Position numbers and translations under genes: made by a program. The notes under the pieces were generated by a model. It ran no database searches and was not told where the DNA came from. It saw only the letters and a list, made by a program, of their open reading frames with translations. Positions 35,481 through 44,959 of a stretch of DNA of 64,000 nucleotides are shown here, piece after piece (position 1 is the stretch's first letter; each line of letters begins with the position of its first letter). Where the stretch lies: positions 439,400-503,399 of the forward strand of contig CAYHBZ010000001.1 in assembly GCA_964355175.1 (NCBI GenBank), in the 5' to 3' direction. The stretch comes from an uncultured Gammaproteobacteria bacterium (GTDB lineage: Bacteria > Patescibacteriota > Patescibacteriia > Magasanikbacterales > GWA2-37-8).

Positions 35481-37031
35481 ATGCCTAAATATCTCCCTAT
35501 TATCGGTCTGGAAGTCCATGTAGAGCTCAAGACGAAGAGTAAAATGTTTTGTGCTTGCCCTAATTCTCCAGATTATGCCGCACCCAATACCAACATTTGT
35601 GAAATCTGCTTGGCTCATCCCGGGACTTTACCTTTACCCAACAAAGTGGCTATTGAAGCTACGGTAAAAATCGCCAAAGCTATCGGGTGCAGAGTAAATG
35701 AATTCTCCAAATTTGACCGTAAACATTATTTTTATCCGGACTTACCAAAAGCCTACCAGATCTCTCAGTATGACCTGCCTATTGGTGAGCACGGTGGCAT
35801 AAAACTAGAATTTTTACCTGGCAAAAATCACCGCGATACCGCTAAAGTCGGTATTACCCGTATCCATTTAGAAGAAGACACCGCCAAGCTCACTCACGGC
35901 AACGACGGCTCTACTTTGGTAGATTTCAACCGCGCCGGAGTACCGCTGGCTGAAATCGTATCCGACCCGGATGTGCAGAGCGCCTTGGAAGCCAAAACCT
36001 ACTGCCAAGAATTACAGACAATTTTGCGCTATTTGGAAGTGAGCGACGCCGACATGGAGCGCGGCCATATGCGCTGTGAAGTGAATATCTCTATCCAAGA
36101 AGAAGGTAAATTTGAAATCGTGGATGGCGTGATCAAACCAATCGGTAATTATCAACTAAATAATAAAATAGAAGTAAAAAATATCAATTCTTTTCGCGCG
36201 GTAGAAAAAGCGATTGACTACGAAACTATTCGCCAGACTGAAATGATCAAAAAAGGTGAAACCTGGGGACCAGAAACTCGTGGTTGGAACGACGAAAAAA
36301 GCCAAACCGTATTACAGCGCGTAAAAGAATCCGCCGCTGACTATCGTTATTTCCCCGAGCCAGATATTCCTCCTTTTCATCCTCTCAAAATTGCTTTGAG
36401 TACCAGCATGCCTGAATTACCTAGCGCCCGCCGTAGCCGTTTTCACAGTGAATATGGCTTTTCTTGGGCTGACGCTCAAATTCTGACTGCCGACAAAGAC
36501 TGGGCCAATTTTACCGAAGAAGTTTATAGCGAATTATTAAATTGGATAAATGATTTAAAGAATTCAAATTTAAAAAATACTCAAAACACGGTTGGCTCTT
36601 CTACCCAGCTGGCTAAACTAGCCGGCGGCTATCTAACCACCAAATTAGCCGGTGCCATGTCCGAAAGAAAAATTGATATTAAAATCCTAAAAATCAAACC
36701 AGAAAATTTTGCTGAATTAATCGCTTTGGTTTTCACCGATCGCCTCAATTCCACCAACGCCCAAAAGGTACTCGCTGATATGCTCGACAGCAATACGGAT
36801 ATTGACCCTACTCATATCATGGAAGAAAAAGGATATGGCCAGATTGCCGACGAAGGCCAACTCAGCGCAATAGTGGACGAAGTAATAAAAAATAATCCAG
36901 TCCAAGTAGAACAATTTAAAGCCGGCAAAGAGCCGCTAATGCAGTTCCTCAAAGGCATGGTAATGAAGGCCACCGAAGGCAGTGCCGATCCGGCGGTAGC
37001 GGAAAAATTACTCCGAGAAAAGCTCAAATAA
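35481..37031 (+). CDS. gatB: Asp/Glu-tRNA amidotransferase subunit B
   Basis: LPIIGLEVHVELKTKSKMFCAC N-terminus. C-terminal GatB/YqeY domain. Confidence 0.9.
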   Translation: MPKYLPIIGLEVHVELKTKSKMFCACPNSPDYAAPNTNICEICLAHPGTLPLPNKVAIEATVKIAKAIGCRVNEFSKFDRKHYFYPDLPKAYQISQYDLPIGEHGGIKLEFLPGKNHRDTAKVGITRIHLEEDTAKLTHGNDGSTLVDFNRAGVPLAEIVSDPDVQSALEAKTYCQELQTILRYLEVSDADMERGHMRCEVNISIQEEGKFEIVDGVIKPIGNYQLNNKIEVKNINSFRAVEKAIDYETIRQTEMIKKGETWGPETRGWNDEKSQTVLQRVKESAADYRYFPEPDIPPFHPLKIALSTSMPELPSARRSRFHSEYGFSWADAQILTADKDWANFTEEVYSELLNWINDLKNSNLKNTQNTVGSSTQLAKLAGGYLTTKLAGAMSERKIDIKILKIKPENFAELIALVFTDRLNSTNAQKVLADMLDSNTDIDPTHIMEEKGYGQIADEGQLSAIVDEVIKNNPVQVEQFKAGKEPLMQFLKGMVMKATEGSADPAVAEKLLREKLK

Positions 37032-37048
37032 TTATGCACAGCCGTCAG

Positions 37049-37077
37049 TTGTCAACCACTAGAAAGAATGTTAATAT
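37049..37077 (+). promoter_or_regulatory. pyr operon promoter
   Basis: TTGTCA-17-TAATAT. Confidence 0.45.
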
Positions 37078-37087
37078 GAGTGGAAAT

Positions 37088-37123
37088 ATGATCAAATTTT
37101 TTACCAAAATTTATTTTCATTAA
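37088..37123 (+). CDS. Putative pyr leader peptide of 11 aa
   Basis: MIKFFTKIYFH is encoded in a U-rich tract. Its stop codon lies 6 nt before the attenuator hairpin. Confidence 0.3.
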   Translation: MIKFFTKIYFH

Positions 37124-37128
37124 TAATC

Positions 37129-37157
37129 GGCCACCCGTAATTGGGTGGCTTTTTTTA
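37129..37157 (+). terminator. pyrBI attenuator (intrinsic terminator in the leader)
   Basis: GGCCACCC-gtaatt-GGGTGGC followed by TTTTTTT, about 15 nt before the pyrB ATG. Confidence 0.55.
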
Positions 37158-37171
37158 AACAATTTAAACCT

Positions 37172-38107
37172 ATGGCCACGAACCTCACAGGCAGAGACAT
37201 CATCTCGATAAAAGAAATAGGCAAAAACGAAATCTTGGCGGTTTTAAAAAATGCCAAACAATTAAAAAAGAACCCCCAACCACAACTCCTAAAAAATAAA
37301 GTAATGGCCAGTTGTTTTTTTGAGCCTTCTACTCGCACCCGCCTTTCCTTTGAGAGTGCCATGCAACATTTGGGCGGCTCCGTAATAGGATTTGCCGATC
37401 CGGGCGTCACCTCCACTAAAAAAGGTGAGACTTTGTACGACTCTATAAAAATCATCGGACAATACGCCGATGTCGTAGCTATGCGTCACCCAATGGAAGG
37501 TGCCGCCCGCCGCGCTTCCGATGCTACCGACAAACCAATCTTGAACGGCGGCGACGGTGCCAACCAACATCCAACCCAAACTCTGCTGGATTTATTTACT
37601 ATCCAAGAATGTCAAAAAAAATTAGAGGGGTTGGATATCGCCCTAGTCGGTGATCTAAAATATGGCCGTACTACTCACTCCCTAGCTCAAGCATTGATAC
37701 ATTTTGGCGCGCACTTATATTTTGTGGCGCCCGATTCATTACAAATGCCGGAATATATTTGTGAAGAATTAAAAGAAAATAAAGTGAAATTCTCCCTGCA
37801 TTCCAAAATTGAAGAAGTAATAAACAAAGTAGACATACTATATATGACACGCATTCAAGGCGAACGTTTTGCCGATCCAATGGAATATGAAAAAATAAAA
37901 AATGTCTTTGTGCTCAATGCTAAAATGCTAGAAAAATCTCGTTCTAATATGCGGGTCTTACACCCTCTACCAAGAGTAAACGAAATTACCACTGACGTAG
38001 ACAAAACCAAACATGCCTACTATTTTGAACAAGCGGAGAATGGCTTATATGTGCGCCAGGCCCTTTTAGCGATGGTGCTCGGCAAATTAACTAATACCCT
38101 TAGATAA
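37172..38107 (+). CDS. pyrB: Aspartate carbamoyltransferase catalytic subunit
   Basis: [13 protein letters not shown] and HPLPRVNEI motifs. Start placed at MATNL after the attenuator. The track start of 37145 lies inside the hairpin. Confidence 0.85.
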   Translation: MATNLTGRDIISIKEIGKNEILAVLKNAKQLKKNPQPQLLKNKVMASCFFEPSTRTRLSFESAMQHLGGSVIGFADPGVTSTKKGETLYDSIKIIGQYADVVAMRHPMEGAARRASDATDKPILNGGDGANQHPTQTLLDLFTIQECQKKLEGLDIALVGDLKYGRTTHSLAQALIHFGAHLYFVAPDSLQMPEYICEELKENKVKFSLHSKIEEVINKVDILYMTRIQGERFADPMEYEKIKNVFVLNAKMLEKSRSNMRVLHPLPRVNEITTDVDKTKHAYYFEQAENGLYVRQALLAMVLGKLTNTLR

Positions 38108-38113
38108 TTTTGT

Positions 38114-38590
38114 ATGAAAAATAAAGAACAAATTCGCGCTTTCAGAGTATTTGCCATCAAAGAAGGTACTGTCATTGATCATATCCCGGCCAAACAAGCT
38201 TTAAAAATTATTCAATTTTTAAAACTATATAACAACGAAAAAATAGTTACTGCTGGCTTTAATTTTCCAAGTAAAACCCTAAAATTAAAAGATATTATCA
38301 AAATAGAAGGACGAGAATTGACAGAAGAGGAGGCCAACCAGGTGGCAATTTTGGCACCTACCGCTACCATCAATATTATTAAAAACTTTGACCTGGTGAA
38401 AAAATTCCCCGTAATGATACCCGCTCAAGTGGAAAAAATAGTTATCTGTCCAAACCCAAAATGCATTACCAATAACGAAAATATGGAAACGATTTTTTAT
38501 ACCAAAGCTCGCGGAGCCAAGGTAGACCTACAGTGTCGTTACTGCGAAAAAACTTTTTCTCAAGATGACATCAAGCAATACCGAGTTTAA
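38114..38590 (+). CDS. pyrI: Aspartate carbamoyltransferase regulatory subunit
   Basis: C-terminal zinc domain CPNPKCITN...CRYCE. Confidence 0.85.
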   Translation: MKNKEQIRAFRVFAIKEGTVIDHIPAKQALKIIQFLKLYNNEKIVTAGFNFPSKTLKLKDIIKIEGRELTEEEANQVAILAPTATINIIKNFDLVKKFPVMIPAQVEKIVICPNPKCITNNENMETIFYTKARGAKVDLQCRYCEKTFSQDDIKQYRV

Positions 38591-38599
38591 TTTCCTGAC

Positions 38600-39787
38600 A
38601 TGAAAATAAAAACTTATAACAATTTAGAAATTGAATTGGATTTGCCTCCCAACTCGGACACTACCAATCTAATAGCTTTACCTGCCCTGATTGATACCCA
38701 CGTGCATTTTCGCACGCCTGGCGCGGAATACAAAGAAAATTGGGAAAGTGGTGCCAAAGCGGCCATTGCCGGCGGCGTGACCAGCGTACTGGATATGCCC
38801 AATAATACTCCGTCTATTACTACCGAGGCAATTTTGGATGAAAAAATAAAAATAGTAGAAGCACAATTAAAAAAGGTTGGCATTCCCCTGCATCCTTATT
38901 TTTATCTTGGCGCCACCTTGGATAATTTGGAAGAAATAGAAAAATGTAAAAATAAAATAATCGGAGTAAAAATATTTATGGGCGCCAGTACCGGTAATTT
39001 ATTGGTATCAGATTACGAAACGCAAAGAAATATTTTTAAAAAATGTGCCGAGCTAAATATAGTAGTGGCTGTACATGCTGAGGATGACGATATCATCAAC
39101 GCTCAAAAAAATAAATTTCCTAGCGCCACCGTAAACGACCACGGAAAAATTCGCCCCAATATTGCGGCCCTGACTGCCGTAAAAAAAGCGATAAATTTGG
39201 CACGCGAAACTGGCGCTATTTTGTATATTCTCCATAGTAGCACTACTGAGGAAATAGCGCTGATTCGCCAAGCCAAAAAAGAAGGACTCCGGGTATTTGC
39301 CGAGGTCACTCCTCACCACCTATTTCTCACTGAGGAGGCCTATGGCACACTTGGCGCCAAAGCGCAGATGAACCCGCCTTTACGCTCCAAAGATGACCAC
39401 AAAGCCCTCTGGGAGGCCATAAAAGACGGCACCGTGGACACCGTAGGTACCGATCATGCTCCCCATACTTTACAGGAAAAAACCTTACCTTATCCACAGT
39501 CACCATCAGGTGTGCCGGGCATTGAAACCTACTTACCACTATTGCTTGACGCCTATAATGCGGGTAAAATTACTTTGGAGAAAATTGTGGAATTAACCCA
39601 TACTAATCCCCAAAAAATCTTTGATATAAAAGAAACCGGTGACCTGGTTTTGGTGGATTTAAACCAAGTGAAAAAAATAAAAAATGAAGATCTAAAAACT
39701 AAATGTGGTTGGAGTCCTTTTGCCGGCAAGGAATTAAAAGGTACGCCAAAATTTACAATTTTAAATAATATAATTTATAAAATTTAA
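38600..39787 (+). CDS. pyrC: Dihydroorotase
   Basis: LIDTHVHFRTPG metal-binding motif. Amidohydrolase fold. Confidence 0.8.
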   Translation: MKIKTYNNLEIELDLPPNSDTTNLIALPALIDTHVHFRTPGAEYKENWESGAKAAIAGGVTSVLDMPNNTPSITTEAILDEKIKIVEAQLKKVGIPLHPYFYLGATLDNLEEIEKCKNKIIGVKIFMGASTGNLLVSDYETQRNIFKKCAELNIVVAVHAEDDDIINAQKNKFPSATVNDHGKIRPNIAALTAVKKAINLARETGAILYILHSSTTEEIALIRQAKKEGLRVFAEVTPHHLFLTEEAYGTLGAKAQMNPPLRSKDDHKALWEAIKDGTVDTVGTDHAPHTLQEKTLPYPQSPSGVPGIETYLPLLLDAYNAGKITLEKIVELTHTNPQKIFDIKETGDLVLVDLNQVKKIKNEDLKTKCGWSPFAGKELKGTPKFTILNNIIYKI

Positions 39788-39790
39788 TCT

Positions 39791-40738
39791 ATGCGTCATC
39801 TCATCTCACTCAAGGAGCAAAGCAAGGAAGATATTTTGAAAATGCTCGATATGGCAATCAAATTAAAAGCTAAACGCCAAGCCAGAGAGTTGACAAATAT
39901 TTTACCAAACCAGACATTGGTAATGCTATTTCAAAAAACTTCTACTCGCACTCGCCTATCATTTGAAGCCGGCATGACAGAGCTTGGCGGTCATGGTATA
40001 TTTTTGGACAGCCGCACCTCACAGCTTTCACTCACTGATTTTGGCGATGAAATTCAAGCTATCATGCGCTTTGGACAAGTGCTAATGTTCCGCGCGCTTA
40101 AAGCCGATGATGTAATCAAAGCCGCGTCATATAATCGCGTACCGGTAATCGATGCTTGTAGCGAAAAATATCATCCAGCTCAAGCCCTGAGTGATTTGCT
40201 CACTATGGCCGAAAAATCAAACGGCATTGAAAATGTAAAAAAAATAACTTGGCTTGGTGTAGAAAATAATGTATCCAACACTCTCATGCTCGCCTGCGCC
40301 AAACTTGGTATCCAAATAGCCATCTGCGCTCCGGAAGCCAACACCCAGAGTATTGATCCGGAATTAAACGCCGTGGCCGAAGCTACCGGCATGGTGACAC
40401 GCACTACCAACCTACAGGAAGCTCTCAAAGACACCAACTATGTACATACCGACACTTGGATGGATATGGAATTTTTTGAAAATGGCCAAGTGAAACCTAG
40501 TTTCCAGGCGGAATATGATCGCCGCAAAACTACGTTTATGCCTTTTCAACTCAACGCCAATTTAATAAATATTTACTCTCCTCAAGCAAAAATAATGCAC
40601 TGTATGCCATGTCACATCGGCTATGAAATTACTCGCGACGCTATTGATCATCCAAATTCCGTAATTTATGATCAGGCCGAAAATCGTATGCATATGCAAA
40701 AGGCGATGATTCTTTGGTTACTGAACAAAGAAGTTTAA
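39791..40738 (+). CDS. Ornithine carbamoyltransferase-like enzyme with non-canonical substrate loop
   Basis: STRTRLSFE carbamoyl-phosphate site. HCMPCH matches OTC HCLP. The OTC DxxxSMG loop is replaced by TDTWMDMEF. Confidence 0.55.
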   Translation: MRHLISLKEQSKEDILKMLDMAIKLKAKRQARELTNILPNQTLVMLFQKTSTRTRLSFEAGMTELGGHGIFLDSRTSQLSLTDFGDEIQAIMRFGQVLMFRALKADDVIKAASYNRVPVIDACSEKYHPAQALSDLLTMAEKSNGIENVKKITWLGVENNVSNTLMLACAKLGIQIAICAPEANTQSIDPELNAVAEATGMVTRTTNLQEALKDTNYVHTDTWMDMEFFENGQVKPSFQAEYDRRKTTFMPFQLNANLINIYSPQAKIMHCMPCHIGYEITRDAIDHPNSVIYDQAENRMHMQKAMILWLLNKEV

Positions 40739-40750
40739 AAAAATAAATTT

Positions 40751-41350
40751 ATGATCAGAGAAGAATTGGTAAATAAACTATTTGAAATCAACGCTGTAAA
40801 ATTTGGCGAGTTCAAACTCAAAAGCGGTATCATGTCGCCAGTATATATCGACCTACGCGTAATTGTTTCCTATCCGGAAGTACTCAAAGCGGTCGGCGAA
40901 GCCATGTGGGAAAAAGTAAAAAATCTAAAATTTGATCTACTCTGTGGCGTACCATATACGGCTCTGCCAATCGCCACGGCTATCTCTCTAAAGCATAATA
41001 TTCCGATGATTATGCGCCGTAAGGAAGTAAAAGATTATGGCACTAGAAAAGCCATTGAAGGCGCTTTCACTGCCGGTCAGCAAGTATTGGTGGTGGAAGA
41101 TTTAGTCACCAGCGGCAGCAGTGTTTTTGAAACCATCGAGCCACTTGAACTCGAAGGATTAAAAATCAACGATGTCATAGTAATGCTTGATCGCGAGCAA
41201 GGCGGCAAAAAACATATCTCTGAAAAAGGAAAGAATTTGCACTCGGTAATTACTATGAGCGAGCTGGTAGATACTCTAGAAAAAAATAATAAATTGGACA
41301 CGCAAACCGTACAAAAAGTGAAAGAATTTATCCAAAACAATCAGGTCTAA
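40751..41350 (+). CDS. pyrE: Orotate phosphoribosyltransferase
   Basis: PRPP-binding VLVVEDLVTSGSS. Confidence 0.85.
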   Translation: MIREELVNKLFEINAVKFGEFKLKSGIMSPVYIDLRVIVSYPEVLKAVGEAMWEKVKNLKFDLLCGVPYTALPIATAISLKHNIPMIMRRKEVKDYGTRKAIEGAFTAGQQVLVVEDLVTSGSSVFETIEPLELEGLKINDVIVMLDREQGGKKHISEKGKNLHSVITMSELVDTLEKNNKLDTQTVQKVKEFIQNNQV

Positions 41351-41351
41351 T

Positions 41352-42170
41352 ATGATAATGGAAAAAGTAAAAAATATTATCGCCAAAAATAATTCGCTGG
41401 TCTGTGTGGGATTAGATACGGAAATTTCCAAAATTCCCGCTCATTTAAAAAATGTAGAATTTCCTCAATTTGAATTCAACAAAGCCATTATTGACGCCAT
41501 TGCCGATTTAGTATGCGCCTTTAAACCCAACACTGCCTTTTACGAAGCTCAAGGCGAGCAAGGAATACACGAACTAAAAATGACCTGCAATTATTTGAAA
41601 GAAAAATATCCAGCAGTACTTTTAATCCTCGATGCCAAACGCGCCGACATTGGGAATACCAACAACGGCTATGTAAAATTTGCTTTTGATTATTTGCAGG
41701 CCGACATGATTACTCTTCACCCCTACTTGGGACAAGAAGCACTCGCGCCATTTCTAGACCGCGCCGATAAAGGCAGTGCCATTCTGTGTCGCACTTCCAA
41801 TATTGGCGCCGGAGAATTTCAAGATCTGAGAATAAACAACAAGAGTCTATTTGAAATAGTAGCCGAAAAAGTGGTAAAACTTTGGAATACAAATAATAAT
41901 TGTTTATTGGTAATAGGAGCCACTTATCCTGAAGAAATGGAACTGATCAGATCCAAAACCGACACTATGTTTTTCTTGGTTCCAGGCATTGGCGCTCAAG
42001 GCGGCGATCTGGAAAAAACTTTATTATCCGGATTAAATTCAGAAAAAAGTGGTTTGATAATTAGTTCTTCCCGTGGCATAATTTTTGCCGACAACACCGA
42101 AAATTTTGCCATCAAAGCGCGCGAGGAAGCGCTGAAATTAAAGGATGAAATTAATAAATACAGAATCTAA
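41352..42170 (+). CDS. pyrF: Orotidine-5'-phosphate decarboxylase, type 2
   Basis: VGLD and LILDAKRADIGNT motifs. Last gene of the pyr operon. Confidence 0.85.
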   Translation: MIMEKVKNIIAKNNSLVCVGLDTEISKIPAHLKNVEFPQFEFNKAIIDAIADLVCAFKPNTAFYEAQGEQGIHELKMTCNYLKEKYPAVLLILDAKRADIGNTNNGYVKFAFDYLQADMITLHPYLGQEALAPFLDRADKGSAILCRTSNIGAGEFQDLRINNKSLFEIVAEKVVKLWNTNNNCLLVIGATYPEEMELIRSKTDTMFFLVPGIGAQGGDLEKTLLSGLNSEKSGLIISSSRGIIFADNTENFAIKAREEALKLKDEINKYRI

Positions 42171-42182
42171 AAAAAATAAAAA

Positions 42183-42212
42183 AACTCCCGACACGCGAGA
42201 GTTTTTTTATTT
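42183..42212. terminator. Terminator between pyrF and ruvA
   Basis: AAACTC-ccgacacgcga-GAGTTT flanked by A and T runs. Confidence 0.4.
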
Positions 42213-42220
42213 TAAAATAT

Positions 42221-42808
42221 TTATTTTATAATCCTCAATGCTTCGCGCAATAATTGTTCGCTTGTCTTTCCATCCGTTTCAATCTTCTTGAGTGTTTCGC
42301 GCGCCTGTAATACAGTATACCCCAAAGTAATTAGACCTTCGAGCGCATCATTTACACTTCCACTTTCGTGTTCAGACAAAGTTACCTTACCATATTCAGT
42401 TTGCTGTTTCTGCATTTTTTCACGCAATTCTACCACTATTCTCTCCGCCGTCTTTTTTCCAATACCACTTACCTTAGTCAAAAAATCCATGTCCCCTCTG
42501 CCCACTGCCAAAGCAATTTCTTCTACACTGCCCAGTGAAAAAAGATGCATCGCGGTTTTTGGTCCAACCCCCGAAACCGATACAAAATTTTTAAATAATT
42601 TCTTTTCCGAAACATTAGCAAAACCGTACAAATCCAGAGCGTCTTCTTTTACCACCAAATGTGTTTCCAAATTTACTTCATTTCCTATCACACAAATCTG
42701 CGCGGCGCTTGGTGAAACCAAAAGACTATATCCAATTCCGCTATTGGTCATAATCACTGCCTCGGACCCTACACAACTGACTACTTTTCCTTGAATTAGA
42801 GCGATCAT
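42221..42808 (-). CDS. ruvA: Holliday junction branch migration protein RuvA
   Basis: 195 aa. OB domain plus HhH pairs (VSGVGPKTA, VSGIGKKTAERI). Confidence 0.9.
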   Translation of the reverse strand: MIALIQGKVVSCVGSEAVIMTNSGIGYSLLVSPSAAQICVIGNEVNLETHLVVKEDALDLYGFANVSEKKLFKNFVSVSGVGPKTAMHLFSLGSVEEIALAVGRGDMDFLTKVSGIGKKTAERIVVELREKMQKQQTEYGKVTLSEHESGSVNDALEGLITLGYTVLQARETLKKIETDGKTSEQLLREALRIIK

Positions 42809-42851
42809 ATTTTATTTATTACCCCCATATTTTAGCATAGTTTAAAAAATA

Positions 42852-42879
42852 AAAAAACCCCGATTTCTCAGGGTTTTAA
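42852..42879 (-). terminator. Terminator downstream of the Nif3-like gene
   Basis: AAACCCTGAGAAATCGGGGTTT hairpin with a U-run, read on the minus strand. Confidence 0.45.
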
Positions 42880-42883
42880 TAGC

Positions 42884-43852
42884 TTATTTTTTACCTTTCT
42901 TCACACGACTCACACGGATCAGACCACCGCAAACCAATACTTCAATTCCACGTTTTTCTAATTCATCAAGCCATAGATTCATTCCTAAAGAATCTGATGA
43001 CATGTGGCCAGCAATAATAATATTCATATGACCTTCATTGGAATTACGAATAGCGTCTTCTCTCATATGCATTCCCACTATAGTACTTATACCATATTGT
43101 GAAAAACGCTCATATACTTTAGGAGAAGGATTTGTGCCGCCCGTCATCTCTAACATCCATTTACCCACTCTATGATTGGGCCCGCCCGCAACAATCCTCG
43201 GACCAGCTCCCTGTTTTTGAGCGATTTGATATTCCGGCAACTCAAGTAAAACTTTTACTATTTCTCCTACTGTTTCCGGACCTTTTTTTATTAAGTATTC
43301 ACGAACAAATTTATCTACTAAATTATCAGTAATAGTATGAGTATTAATGAAATTAATATTTAGATGTTTAGCAATATCTATTGCTTGAAAATGATTAAGC
43401 GGATGGAACCCCCGCCCCACTTCCCTAATACGATCTTCGGTTAATTTTTCGGCCATATGTACTGGAATACCATACATAGGATAAACATCCGTATACATTT
43501 CCATCACTTCGTGTAAATTGGCCAAAGCTTTTCCCTCTGGATGGTGGGCAATTACCAGATCAATTTTTTTACCACGCTCATTTAGTTGACTAGCTAATAA
43601 AATTTCAGGACCATTTATATCAATTCCAGCCAATACTCTCTTTACTTTTGTTTTACCATCATCAACGTGTATAAAGCTGTCCGGAAAAGGAACGACTAAT
43701 TTTTCAGTATCAAACAATTTTTTATCTTCCAAATTTAAACTTTCATACTGTTTTTTAACCCTTTCCAAATATTTTTTTATTCCTTTTGGCCCTCTTGGAT
43801 CAGCCTCCACACCAATTTTATTAGCCAGATCAAAGACTTCTTTTACATTCAT
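42884..43852 (-). CDS. Nif3-like dinuclear metal centre protein (tentative)
   Basis: 322 aa. His-rich metal-site candidates (IAHHPEG, IIAGHMSSD). Family assignment is by overall pattern only. Confidence 0.4.
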   Translation of the reverse strand: MNVKEVFDLANKIGVEADPRGPKGIKKYLERVKKQYESLNLEDKKLFDTEKLVVPFPDSFIHVDDGKTKVKRVLAGIDINGPEILLASQLNERGKKIDLVIAHHPEGKALANLHEVMEMYTDVYPMYGIPVHMAEKLTEDRIREVGRGFHPLNHFQAIDIAKHLNINFINTHTITDNLVDKFVREYLIKKGPETVGEIVKVLLELPEYQIAQKQGAGPRIVAGGPNHRVGKWMLEMTGGTNPSPKVYERFSQYGISTIVGMHMREDAIRNSNEGHMNIIIAGHMSSDSLGMNLWLDELEKRGIEVLVCGGLIRVSRVKKGKK

Positions 43853-43892
43853 ATAGTTCTAAAATAATAATTACTAAATTTAGTTTAACTCA

Positions 43893-43921
43893 AAAAAATA
43901 GCATTGTCAATCGCTATTTTT
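43893..43921 (-). terminator. Terminator downstream of the FemAB-like gene
   Basis: AAAAATAGC-attgtcaatc-GCTATTTTT. Confidence 0.45.
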
Positions 43922-43939
43922 GTCCAGAATTACATTAAA

Positions 43940-44830
43940 TTATTGATAAAAAGTATACTGCGGAGACTTGTCTAAATGCCACAATTCTTTCCATCCACAG
44001 TCTCCACAAAAAGCATCAAAAGACTTGGCACCATTTACAATAGCCTGATCAATATTATAAATGGTTAAAAAAGTAGTAAAATTTTTAAATGCCTCTTCGC
44101 TAATCCCAAAATTTACAAACGCATAATCCTCTTGATACAGAATTGATAAAGAAACACCTTGCAAAGCATCATTTAAATAAAAAGAATTTAAAAATATTTT
44201 TAACGGTAGTTTTAAAATATCTCTAAAAATTTCTTTACGGTACGGCCAATTAAAGGTTGAAGACTCGCCAAATCTACCAATTTTAAATTGCATTAATTCT
44301 TCTATATTCAACAAATTATTACTTACAACTTCAACTTTTTCTTGTTGAATTTTTTTAAGCTTACGTTTCAATTTTCCTCTTGATTCAGAATCAAAATAAT
44401 TCTGTAAGTAATCCTCGCTACTTTTTAAAGTATCCAATTTTAAAAAATATTTTTGATCCAATACTTTTAAATTTTTAGTAAAATCATCCTCGCCAATGAC
44501 ATATTCCAACTTTGCTGGTCCTGGCAAATTTTCGTAAAAATTGGAAACATACTGTCGGGCTTCAAATTTTATTGAAACCCTATTATTTTCCATAAAATTA
44601 CCTCCAAAAAACTCTAAATAGCCGGCATCCGTATTTTTCTGTAGGGGCAACAATCCTACTGCAATATCATTAATAAAACCTACCTTAAAATAGATAGGGT
44701 AATTAAAATACTTATAAAAACAATACCTAAAATCCCAATTATCAAAAACTGATTTTTGTTCTACGAATAAATCCCAATAAAATTTAGCCTCAATTAAATT
44801 TTCGACTATTTTAAAATCAATTTTGCTCAT
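43940..44830 (-). CDS. Hypothetical protein, possibly a FemAB/CelD-like GNAT-fold acyltransferase
   Basis: 296 aa. Weak resemblance only. Confidence 0.3.
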   Translation of the reverse strand: MSKIDFKIVENLIEAKFYWDLFVEQKSVFDNWDFRYCFYKYFNYPIYFKVGFINDIAVGLLPLQKNTDAGYLEFFGGNFMENNRVSIKFEARQYVSNFYENLPGPAKLEYVIGEDDFTKNLKVLDQKYFLKLDTLKSSEDYLQNYFDSESRGKLKRKLKKIQQEKVEVVSNNLLNIEELMQFKIGRFGESSTFNWPYRKEIFRDILKLPLKIFLNSFYLNDALQGVSLSILYQEDYAFVNFGISEEAFKNFTTFLTIYNIDQAIVNGAKSFDAFCGDCGWKELWHLDKSPQYTFYQ

Positions 44831-44906
44831 ATTATGGTCTACTTAGCCAATAATATAGAATAAAACGACCTGTGTCAAATATAGATTAAATATAATTTAT
44901 AAAATA

Positions 44907-44935
44907 TTGACAAAAATAATAAAAAATGCTAATAT
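44907..44935 (+). promoter_or_regulatory. Promoter of the 44960 gene
   Basis: TTGACA-17-TAATAT. Confidence 0.45.
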
Positions 44936-44959
44936 TCTTAAGTTATTTTAACTTCTCGT

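Noticed and set aside
37145-37171. Track start of pyrB at 37145
   Set aside because: It is a GTG inside the attenuator hairpin. The ATG at 37172 is the start.
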